Origin: Myxococcota bacterium
GTDB lineage: Bacteria; Myxococcota_A; UBA9042; PHBI01; JAWLBL01
Direction of reading: 5' to 3'
NCBI GenBank assembly: GCA_041687695.1
Contig: JAWLBL010000013.1
Coordinates: forward strand, 32,001-96,000
DNA length: 64,000 nucleotides
The position numbers were made by a program, and so were the translations under genes. The notes under the pieces were generated by a model. The model worked only from the letters and a program-made list of their open reading frames with translations. It had not been told where the DNA came from and ran no database searches. This document shows positions 1 through 11,645 of this stretch, in pieces. Each line of letters starts with the position of its first letter. Position 1 is the first letter of the stretch.

Positions 1-779
1 TGTGCGGTGAGCGCGGGGCGGACCTCGTCGACTCCCTCGATGTCACTGAGGGCCTGCTTGGCGTCGTCGACGGTCGCGCCTTCGACGACCACGCGGACGC
101 GCGGGTGGTCCTCTTCGCGGGCCTGCAGCTCGGCGGGCGTGCCGTCGGCGACCAGGCGGCCGCGGTGCACGATGAGCATGCGCGTGCAGGTCGCCATCAC
201 CTCGGGCAGGTTGTGGGTGGACAGGATGATGGTCCGGTCCTTGCCCAGATCCCGGATGAGGTTGCGGATCTCGACGATCTGGTTGGGGTCGAGGCCGCTG
301 GTGGGCTCGTCGAGGATGAGGACCTCGGGGTCGTGGATGAGCGCCTGCGCCAGGCCGACGCGCTGCTTGTAGCCCTTGGACAGCGTCCCGATGGTCTGGG
401 CCAGGCGGTCGGACAGGCCGCACATCTTGGCGACCTTTCGGATGCGCTCGGCGACCTGGGCGCGGGGGACGCCGCGGAGGTCGGCCACCCACTTCAGGTA
501 GTCGTAGACCAGCATCTCGGGATACAGCGGCGTCGACTCGGGCAGGTAGCCGATCTTGCGCCGCACCGCGAGCGGGTCGTCGTTGACGTCGTGGCCGTCG
601 ACCCGGACCGAGCCGCCCGACTGGGGCATGAAGCAGGTCAGGATCTTCATGGTCGTCGACTTGCCGGCGCCGTTGGGGCCGAGGAAGCCCACGATCTCGC
701 CGCGCGCGACGGAAAAGCTGATGCCCTTGAGGGCCTCGATCTGGTCGTAGGTCTTGGTGAGGTCCCGAACTTCGATCAT
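1..779 (-). CDS. ABC transporter ATP-binding protein (GldA-like/ABC-2 type), truncated at window edge
   Basis: Manual translation MIEVRDLTKTY...GFLGPNGAGKSTT (Walker A), LSKGYKQR (signature), LILDEPTSGLD (Walker B), STH; absent from the ORF track because the stop lies outside the window. Confidence 0.9.
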   Translation of the reverse strand, partial: MIEVRDLTKTYDQIEALKGISFSVARGEIVGFLGPNGAGKSTTMKILTCFMPQSGGSVRVDGHDVNDDPLAVRRKIGYLPESTPLYPEMLVYDYLKWVADLRGVPRAQVAERIRKVAKMCGLSDRLAQTIGTLSKGYKQRVGLAQALIHDPEVLILDEPTSGLDPNQIVEIRNLIRDLGKDRTIILSTHNLPEVMATCTRMLIVHRGRLVADGTPAELQAREEDHPRVRVVVEGATVDDAKQALSDIEGVDEVRPALTA

Positions 780-980
780 CTCCGTCCTCGGTGTTCGCTC
801 GTCCCCTGGAGGTCGAAATCGTTCGTGGATTCGGGCGCATGAGGGGGGGCGCCCGCGGGAAGGCGGTCGGCTAGGTAAACACCCGCCCCGGGCGGTCAAC
901 CCGATCGGCGCGAGAATGTTCCCGCCGCGAGGACGGGAGCGCAGCCGACGTGCGGAAGGGCCGCCATACAGGGAGGTGAG

Positions 981-1096
981 GGCCGCCACACACCCAGGCG
1001 AGGCCGCCACACACCCAGGCGAGGCCGCCACACACCCAGGCGAGGCCGCCACACACCCAGGCGAGGCCGCCACACACCCAGGCGAGGCCGCCACAC
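981..1096 (+). repeat. Perfect tandem repeat, 21-bp unit GGCCGCCACACACCCAGGCGA x5.5
   Basis: Units start at 981, 1002, 1023, 1044, 1065, partial at 1086; intergenic. Confidence 0.95.
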
Positions 1097-1114
1097 CGGT
1101 GTGACGGGGCTCGT

Positions 1115-1179
1115 CCCCCTGTGTGGCGTAGGTCGCCCCCCTGTGTGGCGTAGGTCGCCCCCCTGTGTGGCGCAGGTCG
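1115..1179 (+). repeat. Tandem repeat, 22-bp unit CCCCCTGTGTGGCGTAGGTCGC x3
   Basis: Units at 1115, 1137, 1159 (third has T>C); core TGTGTGGCG is the reverse complement of CGCCACACA in the upstream array. Confidence 0.9.
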
Positions 1180-1276
1180 GGGAGGGGCAGCGCAATTCTC
1201 GACGCCACCGGACCTTCGGATTAGGTTTCGCCCGGATAGCGGGCCCGCGGAGCCGGGCGAGGAGTCGGGAGACACC

Positions 1277-1663
1277 GTGAGCGACGTCAACACGCTGGTC
1301 GGCCGAGGCAGCCACTTCGAGGGCAAGATGACCTTCGAGGGGGTGGTCCGCATCGACGGGAGCTTCGCCGGCGAGATCGTCAGCGACGACACCCTCATCA
1401 TCGGCGAGGGCGCCGAGGTGCGCGCCGAGCTGGACGTCGCGACGGTGGTCATCTACGGCGACGTCTACGGCAACATCCGCGCCTCGAACTGCATCGAGCT
1501 GCACGCGCCGGGGCACCTGGTCGGCAACATCATCGCGCCGTCGCTGGTCATCGAGCGCGGGGCCACCTTCGACGGCAACTGCCGCATGATGGGCGCCGCC
1601 GGCGGGTGGGCCCCCGACTACGAGGAAGAGGTCGCCGAAGAGGAGCTCGAGCCCGAGGAGTGA
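1277..1663 (+). CDS. Bactofilin (polymer-forming cytoskeletal protein)
   Basis: TLVGRGSHFEGKMTFEGVVRIDG...IIGEGAEV...GNIRA...LVIERGATFDGNCRM beta-helix pattern; acidic tail. Confidence 0.9.
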   Translation: MSDVNTLVGRGSHFEGKMTFEGVVRIDGSFAGEIVSDDTLIIGEGAEVRAELDVATVVIYGDVYGNIRASNCIELHAPGHLVGNIIAPSLVIERGATFDGNCRMMGAAGGWAPDYEEEVAEEELEPEE

Positions 1664-1670
1664 GCGCGGG

Positions 1671-2564
1671 TCAGCGCTTGCGGGCGGCCAGGGCGTGGAC
1701 CAGGTAGGTGACCTCGCAGCGGGCGTGGTCGCGGAGGGTCCAGGGGACGTCGCGGGTCTCGAGCAGGTCGTAGGCCAAGAGCGGCAGCAGCGGCGTCTGG
1801 CCGGTGAGCAGCGCCGCCAGCGCGGCCTCGGAGCCCAGCTGCTGCAGGGCCGGGATGGTGCCGCCGCCCAGCTGTTCGTCGGGTGGGGTCAGGCTGTCCT
1901 GCCAGTGGAAGGGGCTGGTCAGGACCAGCAGGCCCCCGGGGCGCAGCACCGCGTCGAGCTGTCCGATCAGGTTGACCGGGTCGGCGACGTTGTCCAGCAG
2001 GTTGGCAGCGAGCACGATGTCCGCGGTCTCGGCGGCCAGCGGCGGGTCCAGCGCGTGGGCGACCGCCAACCAGACGCCATCGATGGCGGGCAGGTCGATG
2101 GGCGCCTCGGCCCACTCGAAGCGACGCCCCTCGAGGCGCACGGGCACGGGCACCGGCTGGCCCGACAGCTGCGCGGCGGCGACCCGCAAGGGCGTCGCGT
2201 AGCTGTCGAGGCCGATGACGTGGGCGGCGTGGCGGCGGAGCGTCCGCAGATCCGGGCCGACCGAGCAGCCGAAGTCGACCGCCAGCGCTGCCTCGGGTGG
2301 GGCGTGGGCGGCCACCAGCTCGGCGATGGCGCGGCGCATCGGCGCGTCCGGCTGGGCGACCGACGGCAGGTAGCGCGCCAGGTGGCTGACGGCGCCGTAG
2401 GGGAGGGCGTCCAGGGGCAGCGTCAGCTCGTCGCCGAGCTGCCCCAGGTAGCCGTCCACATCCCGCAGCATCAGCGGGATGCCCTCGGGCGTCCGGGTGA
2501 GCTGCGACAGGTCCGCTGGGGTCAGCGGCCCGTCGCGTCCGGGGAGCCTGAGGGCGGGGTGCAA
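1671..2564 (-). CDS. Class I SAM-dependent methyltransferase
   Basis: AVDFGCSVG motif I, VIGLD, LLDNVADP...LRPGGLLVLTSPF; start codon uncertain. Confidence 0.75.
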   Translation of the reverse strand: MHPALRLPGRDGPLTPADLSQLTRTPEGIPLMLRDVDGYLGQLGDELTLPLDALPYGAVSHLARYLPSVAQPDAPMRRAIAELVAAHAPPEAALAVDFGCSVGPDLRTLRRHAAHVIGLDSYATPLRVAAAQLSGQPVPVPVRLEGRRFEWAEAPIDLPAIDGVWLAVAHALDPPLAAETADIVLAANLLDNVADPVNLIGQLDAVLRPGGLLVLTSPFHWQDSLTPPDEQLGGGTIPALQQLGSEAALAALLTGQTPLLPLLAYDLLETRDVPWTLRDHARCEVTYLVHALAARKR

Positions 2565-2584
2565 GGTCCGGCGTCCGCCCCGCC

Positions 2585-3010
2585 TCAGGCGGGCGGCGGC
2601 GCCGACCTGACGAAGCGCGCGACCTGCAGGCGCGTCTCGGCGCGGCGGCGCGCGTCGAGGGCCAGCTGCAGCTCCTCGGCCCGGTTGGGGTCGGCCTCGG
2701 TCTCCTTGACGCGCTGGTTCGAGCGCTCGAGCGCGGCGCGGGCCCGCTCGAGGTCGATGTCCGTCGGCGCCTCGGCCGTCTCGGTGATGACGATGAGCCG
2801 GTCGTCGGCCACCTCGAGGTAGCCGCCGTTGACCGCCAGGAACCGCGTCTCGCCGCCCGTCGTGTAGGACAGGACGCCGATGCCGAGGCTGCTGAGCAGG
2901 GGCCGGTGGCCGGGCAGGATGCCGACCTCGCCGACCGTGCCGGGCGCGGTGAGCTGGCTGACGTCCGCCTTGACCTTCGACCCCCGGGGGGTGACCACTT
3001 CGAGCTGCAT
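2585..3010 (-). CDS. atpC: ATP synthase F1 epsilon subunit
   Basis: LEVVTP...GEVGILPGH...AVNGGYLEV; follows atpD. Confidence 0.95.
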   Translation of the reverse strand: MQLEVVTPRGSKVKADVSQLTAPGTVGEVGILPGHRPLLSSLGIGVLSYTTGGETRFLAVNGGYLEVADDRLIVITETAEAPTDIDLERARAALERSNQRVKETEADPNRAEELQLALDARRRAETRLQVARFVRSAPPPA

Positions 3011-3048
3011 TCGACTGGCTCCCGTCGCTCGCGCGTCCTAACGAATCT

Positions 3049-4542
<1,494 letters not shown>

Positions 4543-4582
4543 TCAGTGCCGCCGGCGCGCGGCGAGTGGGGTGCGACCGGCG

Positions 4583-5449
4583 TCAGCCCTTGAGGGCCTC
4601 GGCGCCGCCGATGATCTCCATGAGCTCTTTGGTGATGTTCGCCTGGCGGGCGCGGTTGTACTGCAGCGACAGCCGCTCGATGAGCTCGCCGGCGTTCTTG
4701 GTCGCCGAGTCCATCGCGCTCATGCGGGCGCCCATCTCGGAGGCGACGCTCTCGAGCAGCATCCGGTAGACCTGGACGGTGACGTGGCGCGGCAGCACCG
4801 CGTCCATCAGGTCCTCCTTGGACGGCTCGTAGATGAAGTCGGGCATGTACGCCGACTCGTCGGCCTGGTGCGGCACGATCGGCAGGAGCTGCTCGACGAC
4901 CACCTTCTGGCTGATGGCCGACTTGAACTCGTTGTATACGCAGTAGATGGCGTCCAGATCGCCCTCGCGGAACCGCATGATCGCCTGCTCGGCGATGTCC
5001 GAGGCGGTCGCGAGGTTCACGTTGGTCAGGACGTCCTTGAAATACGTCGCAATGTCCGCGTCACGGCGCCGGAAGTAGTCGTGGCCCTTGCGACCGACCA
5101 CATCCAGCTTGATGTGCTCGTGACCCAGCGCGTTTTCGCGCATGTAGCGCTCGGTCGCGCGGTTGATGCCGGCGTTGAAGCCGCCCGCGAGGCCGCGGTC
5201 GCTGGTCAGGATGAGCAGCTCGACGTTCTTCGGGGCGCGCTGCGCGAGCAGCGGGTGGTCCGAGAAGTCGGCGCGTGCGGCCAGCTGCCCGATGACGTCA
5301 CGCAGGCGATAGGCGTAGGGCCGCAGCGTCTGGATGGACTCCTGCGCACGGCGCAGGCGCGCCGCGGCCACCATCTTCATCGCCTTGGTGATCTGCTGGG
5401 TGTTCTTGACCGTGCCGATGCGCTTGCGGATGTCTTTCAGGCTGGGCAT
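4583..5449 (-). CDS. atpG: ATP synthase F1 gamma subunit
   Basis: ITKAMKMVAAA, TSDRGLAGGFN, RQANITKELMEIIGGA. Confidence 0.98.
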   Translation of the reverse strand: MPSLKDIRKRIGTVKNTQQITKAMKMVAAARLRRAQESIQTLRPYAYRLRDVIGQLAARADFSDHPLLAQRAPKNVELLILTSDRGLAGGFNAGINRATERYMRENALGHEHIKLDVVGRKGHDYFRRRDADIATYFKDVLTNVNLATASDIAEQAIMRFREGDLDAIYCVYNEFKSAISQKVVVEQLLPIVPHQADESAYMPDFIYEPSKEDLMDAVLPRHVTVQVYRMLLESVASEMGARMSAMDSATKNAGELIERLSLQYNRARQANITKELMEIIGGAEALKG

Positions 5450-5454
5450 GGGCT

Positions 5455-6987
<1,533 letters not shown>

Positions 6988-7039
6988 CGCGTGCTCCGGA
7001 AGGTGTGCGAGCAGCGTCACGGCTGCTCGGAAGGGCCAA

Positions 7040-7579
7040 TTAGCTGAGGACGGTCTCGCGCAGGCTCTCGAGGCGGGTGCGCACGCTGCCGTCGAGGACC
7101 AGCGTGCCGATGCGGGTCACCACGCCCCCGATGAGGCTCTGGTCGACCTTGGCCTCGAGGACCACGGTGGCGCCGGTCAGGCGCTGCAGCGCGACCTGGA
7201 TGCGGTTGAGATCCGCCCGATCGAGCGGCGCCGCGCTGACGACCTCGGCGCGGACGCGGTTGGACAGGGCGTCGAGGCGCTCGTTGAAGGCCTTGGACAC
7301 GGCCTCGACCTCTTCGATGCGCCCGCGGTCGAGCAGCATGAGGAGGAAGTTCCGCGTCGTCGGCGCGAAGAGGAACTTGGAGAAGAGCTTGACGAGGATC
7401 TGCCGCTTGTCCTCGAGCGGGACGACCGGGCTGGCCAGGACGCTCTGGAGCTGCTCGCTCGACCCGTAGGTGCGGGCGAAGGTCTCGAGCTGCTTGGCGA
7501 TGACCGCGTGGTTCTTCGCCTCGGCGCAGAGCTCTTCGAGCGCCTTGGCGTAACGGCGGGCGATCTTGACGTCGCTCAC
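7040..7579 (-). CDS. atpH: ATP synthase delta subunit
   Basis: ARRYAKAL...VDQSLIGG...LDGSVR. Confidence 0.95.
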   Translation of the reverse strand: MSDVKIARRYAKALEELCAEAKNHAVIAKQLETFARTYGSSEQLQSVLASPVVPLEDKRQILVKLFSKFLFAPTTRNFLLMLLDRGRIEEVEAVSKAFNERLDALSNRVRAEVVSAAPLDRADLNRIQVALQRLTGATVVLEAKVDQSLIGGVVTRIGTLVLDGSVRTRLESLRETVLS

Positions 7580-7586
7580 GAGTGCC

Positions 7587-8228
7587 TCACGTCGCGGGGG
7601 TGGTGCCGGGCGTGCTCGGGGCGCGCCCGCCGAAGGCGGTCAGGCCCTCGAGGCGCTCGAGCTCCTGCACGTAGGTCTTGACGAGGTTGCGCTGCACCTG
7701 GGGCGTCATGCGCTGCGCCACCTTCTGCTCGGCCAGCTGCAGGGCCCGCGCGGCGAAGTCGTGCTCGAGCTCCTCGCGGACCTTGGCGGCCTCCTGCTGC
7801 AGGCGCTTTTCGGCGTCGCGGCGCATCTTCTCGGTGGCCTCGCGGGCGTCGGCCAGGATGCGCGCTTTTTCGCGCTCGCCGTCCTGGCGGAACTGCTCGC
7901 GGATCTGCGCGATCTCGCCCTCGAGGCTGGCGAGCAGGGCGTCGTACTTCTGGAAGCGGGCCTCGGCCTCGGCGCGCAGGCGCGTCGCCTCGGCCATCTC
8001 CTTCTGCACGGCCTCGTGCCGCGAGACCAGGAAGGCCTTGGCCGGCTTGGCGCCCAGCCAATAGAGCAGGCCCAGCAGGAGCGCGAAGTCGATGACGTAG
8101 AACCCGTGGACCGTCCACTCGAAGCCGCCGGCGGCGGCCAGCGGGCCGGCGCCCAGGCCGAGGGCCAGGGCGGCGGGAGCGGCGGTCACGCTCAGCGCCA
8201 GGGCGCTCAGGAAGGTGAGGCGCTTCAT
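7587..8228 (-). CDS. atpF: ATP synthase F0 subunit b
   Basis: TM segment followed by long charged helix; position before atpH; hydrophobic N-terminal extension. Confidence 0.85.
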   Translation of the reverse strand: MKRLTFLSALALSVTAAPAALALGLGAGPLAAAGGFEWTVHGFYVIDFALLLGLLYWLGAKPAKAFLVSRHEAVQKEMAEATRLRAEAEARFQKYDALLASLEGEIAQIREQFRQDGEREKARILADAREATEKMRRDAEKRLQQEAAKVREELEHDFAARALQLAEQKVAQRMTPQVQRNLVKTYVQELERLEGLTAFGGRAPSTPGTTPAT

Positions 8229-8716
8229 GCGTTGCCCTCCTCGGCGCGCAGGATGCGGTCGGCGGCGAGGGTGGCCAGAGCCTCGACCTCGCGCTGCATC
8301 GCGGCGCGGACCTCGGCCACCTGGGCGTCGAGGCGCTGCTGGCCGGCCGCGAGCTGCTGGTTGACCTCGGCCGTGACGTCGGCGGTGAGGCGGTTGCGCT
8401 CGGCGGCGGCCTCGCGCTTCAAGTCCTCGCGGATGGTGACCGCGCTCTTGCGCGCCTCATCCATGCGCTTGTCGTAGGACGTGAAGGCCTCGGCCGCGCG
8501 GAGGTCCATGCTCTCGGCCTGTTGCCGGGCGCCCTCCATGCGCGAGTACCGTGCCTCCTGCGCCTTGACCATCGGCTTGACCACGAGGGCCCGCAGCACC
8601 AGGAAGAAGACCAGGAAGATGCCGAGCTGGACGAGGAACGTCCCGTCGAGATCGACCAGGCCCGCCGCTTGGATGTTCTGATGCAGGCTGTTCTGGAAGG
8701 GCTCCAGCATGCGCAC
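8225..8716 (-). CDS. ATP synthase F0 subunit b'
   Basis: DLDGTFLVQLGIFLVFFLVLRALVVKP TM motif plus helix; 4-bp overlap with atpF; start may be ATG 8710. Confidence 0.85.
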   Translation of the reverse strand: MRMLEPFQNSLHQNIQAAGLVDLDGTFLVQLGIFLVFFLVLRALVVKPMVKAQEARYSRMEGARQQAESMDLRAAEAFTSYDKRMDEARKSAVTIREDLKREAAAERNRLTADVTAEVNQQLAAGQQRLDAQVAEVRAAMQREVEALATLAADRILRAEEGNA

Positions 8717-8779
8717 TGTCTCCAGGCCGGACGGAGCGGCCCATACGGTCAGGGGGGAGGGGCCGTCTGAGGCGTGCGC

Positions 8780-8809
8780 TGCCTAGCACACGGTTCTGAG
8801 GGGCGTCAA
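8780..8809 (-). promoter_or_regulatory. Candidate sigma70 promoter of atp operon
   Basis: TTGACG-N18-TAGGCA with extended TG. Confidence 0.55.
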
Positions 8810-8846
8810 GCCAAACGGACCGAGCCGAGAGCCGCGCTCCGACTGG

Positions 8847-10670
8847 CTATTCTCGCGGTCGCGAGGGGTCCGGGGCGCCCTCGGGAGCGATCCGGTCGGG
8901 GGGCTCCCGGGGGCCTTCGGAACAGGGGGCTCCCTCGGGGCATTCCGGGCACCGTCGGCCCAGCGTCACCGCGTCGACGTAGACGCCCTCGCCCTCGTTC
9001 GCGTGCTCGTCGCCGGTGTCGAAGCGCAAGCCGACCCGGACGGGCTGGCCGGCGAGGCCGTCGAGGGGGATCTCGACCTGCCGCCACTGGCCCGCGGTGG
9101 TGCCGCCCATCAGATCGGAAGACCAGACGACCGATGGGGCGAGCCCGTCGAGGACCTCCCAGCGGACCAGGACCTCGAGGCGGTCCACGCCGGCCGGGTT
9201 CGTCAGTGGGCCCGGCTCGGACCACTCGGTCTCCATCCAGACGGACGCGCGCAGCGCGGGCAGCTCGCTCGGGACGGTCACGGGGGGCGACCACAGCGTG
9301 CCCTGGGCCGAAGCGCCGGGCGGGGCGAGCCCCGGCGTGTCTGGCAGGCCGAAACGCAGCGCCATCTGGCCGTCGACCGCGCGGAGGGCCGACAGATGCC
9401 AGGCTGCGCCGGAGTCGTCGGGCTCGAAGGTCCAGGCCTCGTCGAGCGGGACCTCGAAGCCGCCGGGGTCGGGCCAGACGTCGTCGTGGGTGCAGCAGGT
9501 GGGCGTCAGGGTGCGTGTGACCTGACAGCGCCCGCCGACGCAGGCCACCGCGTCGCAGGCGTCGGCGGGGACGCAGTCGGCCCGCTTCTCGCAAGGCTGG
9601 CAGACGAGCTGTGGGTCCGGCGCGGACAGGACGCACAGCGCGTCGTCGACCCCGGCGACCGGGGTGGGGACGCCGACCTGGCAGGGCTGGGCGGCGGCGC
9701 AGTCGCGCTGGCCCGCGCAGACGCGGGTGACGCGTAGGCCGCCGACGTACAGGCCCTCGTGGTGGTTGTCGACGCCGTCGAGCGTGTCGAAGGCCAGGCG
9801 CAGCGACACGGTCTGCCCGACCCAGCGCGACAGGTCGACCAGCACCGGCGTCCACTGGGCGCGGGGCAGCGGGTGGGTGCGGGACGACCAGAGGGTCTCG
9901 ATGTAGCCCGAGGGCAGGACGGCGCGGACCTCGAGGCCGTCGTAAGGCGTGTGGGTGGCGGGGCCGCGGGGCTCGACCTCGAAGCTGGCCCAGACCCAGA
10001 GCTCGGCCACCAGCGGACCGCCGGTGGGCAGCGCGATGGAGGGCGTGGTGAGCCCCAGCGAGACCGGGGCCGCTGCGGCGCCGGGGAGCGGGGTGCAGGC
10101 GGCGTCGAGGGGGCCCGAGAAGTAGGTCGGGCAGGTGACGTGGCCCGCGTGGAAGGAGGGGCGGCCCTCGAGGCCCCGGCGCGAGGTCAGGTGCCAGGTG
10201 ACGGCGTCGTTGGGGAGCGAGTCGCTGATGAGCGACGCGGCGAGCGTGTCGGCCGACGGCTCGAGGGTGTGCACGGTCTCGTCACAGGGCGCGTCGGGCA
10301 GGTCGAGGCGGGGCACGCAGCCGCCGGCCTGGCAGGTCGCCTCGCAGGTGGCGGTGTGGTGTGTGGTGCTGCTGGCGCACGGGCCGGGGACCGAGCAGCA
10401 GTCGAGCTTGTAGCGGAGCTGGCACACCCCATTGGGGCACCAGCCCTCGTAGCAGCAGTCGTCGAGGTGGGCGCAGTCGTCGCGGCGGGTGCAGGTCGAG
10501 ACGGGGCCGCCGTCCGCGGGTGGCAGCTCGAACCCGGCGTCCGCGGCGTCGGCGGGTTCGAGGACCTCGGCGTCGTCCGGGGAGGGGAGCTCGAGCGGGG
10601 CGGGCGACGGCGCTCCGCAGGCCGCCACGAGCGCCGACGCGAGGGCCACGAGGGCGGAGCGGGGCGTCAT
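8847..10670 (-). CDS. Cys-rich lipoprotein with two repeated beta-sandwich-like domains
   Basis: Lipobox LVAAC; repeated motifs LRLAFDTLDGVDNHHEGLYV and VGLRFDTGDEHANEGEGVYV, each preceded by a Cys module; start ATG 10670. Confidence 0.75.
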   Translation of the reverse strand: MTPRSALVALASALVAACGAPSPAPLELPSPDDAEVLEPADAADAGFELPPADGGPVSTCTRRDDCAHLDDCCYEGWCPNGVCQLRYKLDCCSVPGPCASSTTHHTATCEATCQAGGCVPRLDLPDAPCDETVHTLEPSADTLAASLISDSLPNDAVTWHLTSRRGLEGRPSFHAGHVTCPTYFSGPLDAACTPLPGAAAAPVSLGLTTPSIALPTGGPLVAELWVWASFEVEPRGPATHTPYDGLEVRAVLPSGYIETLWSSRTHPLPRAQWTPVLVDLSRWVGQTVSLRLAFDTLDGVDNHHEGLYVGGLRVTRVCAGQRDCAAAQPCQVGVPTPVAGVDDALCVLSAPDPQLVCQPCEKRADCVPADACDAVACVGGRCQVTRTLTPTCCTHDDVWPDPGGFEVPLDEAWTFEPDDSGAAWHLSALRAVDGQMALRFGLPDTPGLAPPGASAQGTLWSPPVTVPSELPALRASVWMETEWSEPGPLTNPAGVDRLEVLVRWEVLDGLAPSVVWSSDLMGGTTAGQWRQVEIPLDGLAGQPVRVGLRFDTGDEHANEGEGVYVDAVTLGRRCPECPEGAPCSEGPREPPDRIAPEGAPDPSRPRE

Positions 10671-10808
10671 GCGTCGGGACCTCCTGAACGCCCGCGACCG
10701 CCGCGGGGTCGCCGCATTGTGCAGGGCGGTCGGGGGTGAGTCCACCGAGGGGCGCCGGGTCGGCCAGGGCCGCCAAGGGGGCAAGGGGCGGGCGCGGGCG
10801 CCGCGGCG

Positions 10809-11501
10809 CTACAGGTTGGCCGTGTAGGGGAAGCGGAAGTGCAGCATCGCGAACACCTGGCCGATGTGCCAGATGACGTCGGGGCCGACGTCCGGGACCT
10901 TGGTGATGGCGCCGCCGATGGCCTGCGGCAGGTAAAAGCCCGAGGACCAGCCCAGGCTGATGCCGAAGGAGCGGACGAACATGACCTCGAGCTCGGCCTT
11001 GAGATCCACGCCGGGGCGCAGGAAGTGGGTGTCCGAGCCGCCCGCGAGGGTGTCCGAGGTGATGAACGCGTAGGTCAGCAGGGCGCCGGCGCCGACCGTG
11101 AACCGCACGGGGCCTCGGAGCAGGGGGACGTTGAAGCCGATGGGGCGCCAGGTCGCGCCGAACATGCCGGTGTAGCGCGTCTTCGGCGAGATGTAGAGCG
11201 TGTCGGGGATGAAGATGGACGGCGAGATGCGCACCTCGTCCATCCTGGCCGCCGCCGCCCGGTACTTGGCGGGGATGCGGTTCTGGTTCGCCTTGATGGT
11301 CTGCTGGTCGATGATGGCGGCGACGTTCAGCTTGACCCCGTAGTGGAACAGCTGGTCCGAGGCCACCTGCCCGAACACGATGTGTCCGGCGGGCCCGACG
11401 CCCACGTCGACCGGCACGGTGACCTGGGCGCCCCGCGCCGGCCCGGCGACCAGCGTCAGAGCCAAGGCGGCGGCGGACAGGCAGGCGGTCAGGCGCGTCA
11501 T
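10809..11501 (-). CDS. Exported hypothetical protein, possible outer-membrane beta-barrel
   Basis: Signal peptide; alternating hydrophobic/Gly-rich strands, C-terminal LHFRF. Confidence 0.6.
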   Translation of the reverse strand: MTRLTACLSAAALALTLVAGPARGAQVTVPVDVGVGPAGHIVFGQVASDQLFHYGVKLNVAAIIDQQTIKANQNRIPAKYRAAAARMDEVRISPSIFIPDTLYISPKTRYTGMFGATWRPIGFNVPLLRGPVRFTVGAGALLTYAFITSDTLAGGSDTHFLRPGVDLKAELEVMFVRSFGISLGWSSGFYLPQAIGGAITKVPDVGPDVIWHIGQVFAMLHFRFPYTANL

Positions 11502-11645
11502 GCGATCTCCTCGTGGCCGAGCGTTGCCCGCGCATCATGGCGCGCCAGCCGCGGCCCGCGCAACCGCATCGAGGTGCGGTTGAGGGCGAGGCCCGACTCG
11601 TGCTACCCACGAGAGACCGTCCACTTCATAGCTGGAGGCAGGCGC

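Noticed and set aside
981..1179. CRISPR array
   Set aside because: Units are contiguous with no unique spacers, and no cas genes are in the window.
10839..11645. N-terminal extension of the 962-aa ORF
   Set aside because: It overlaps the 10809-11501 gene antisense; RBS, candidate promoter and signal peptide support a start at 11646.
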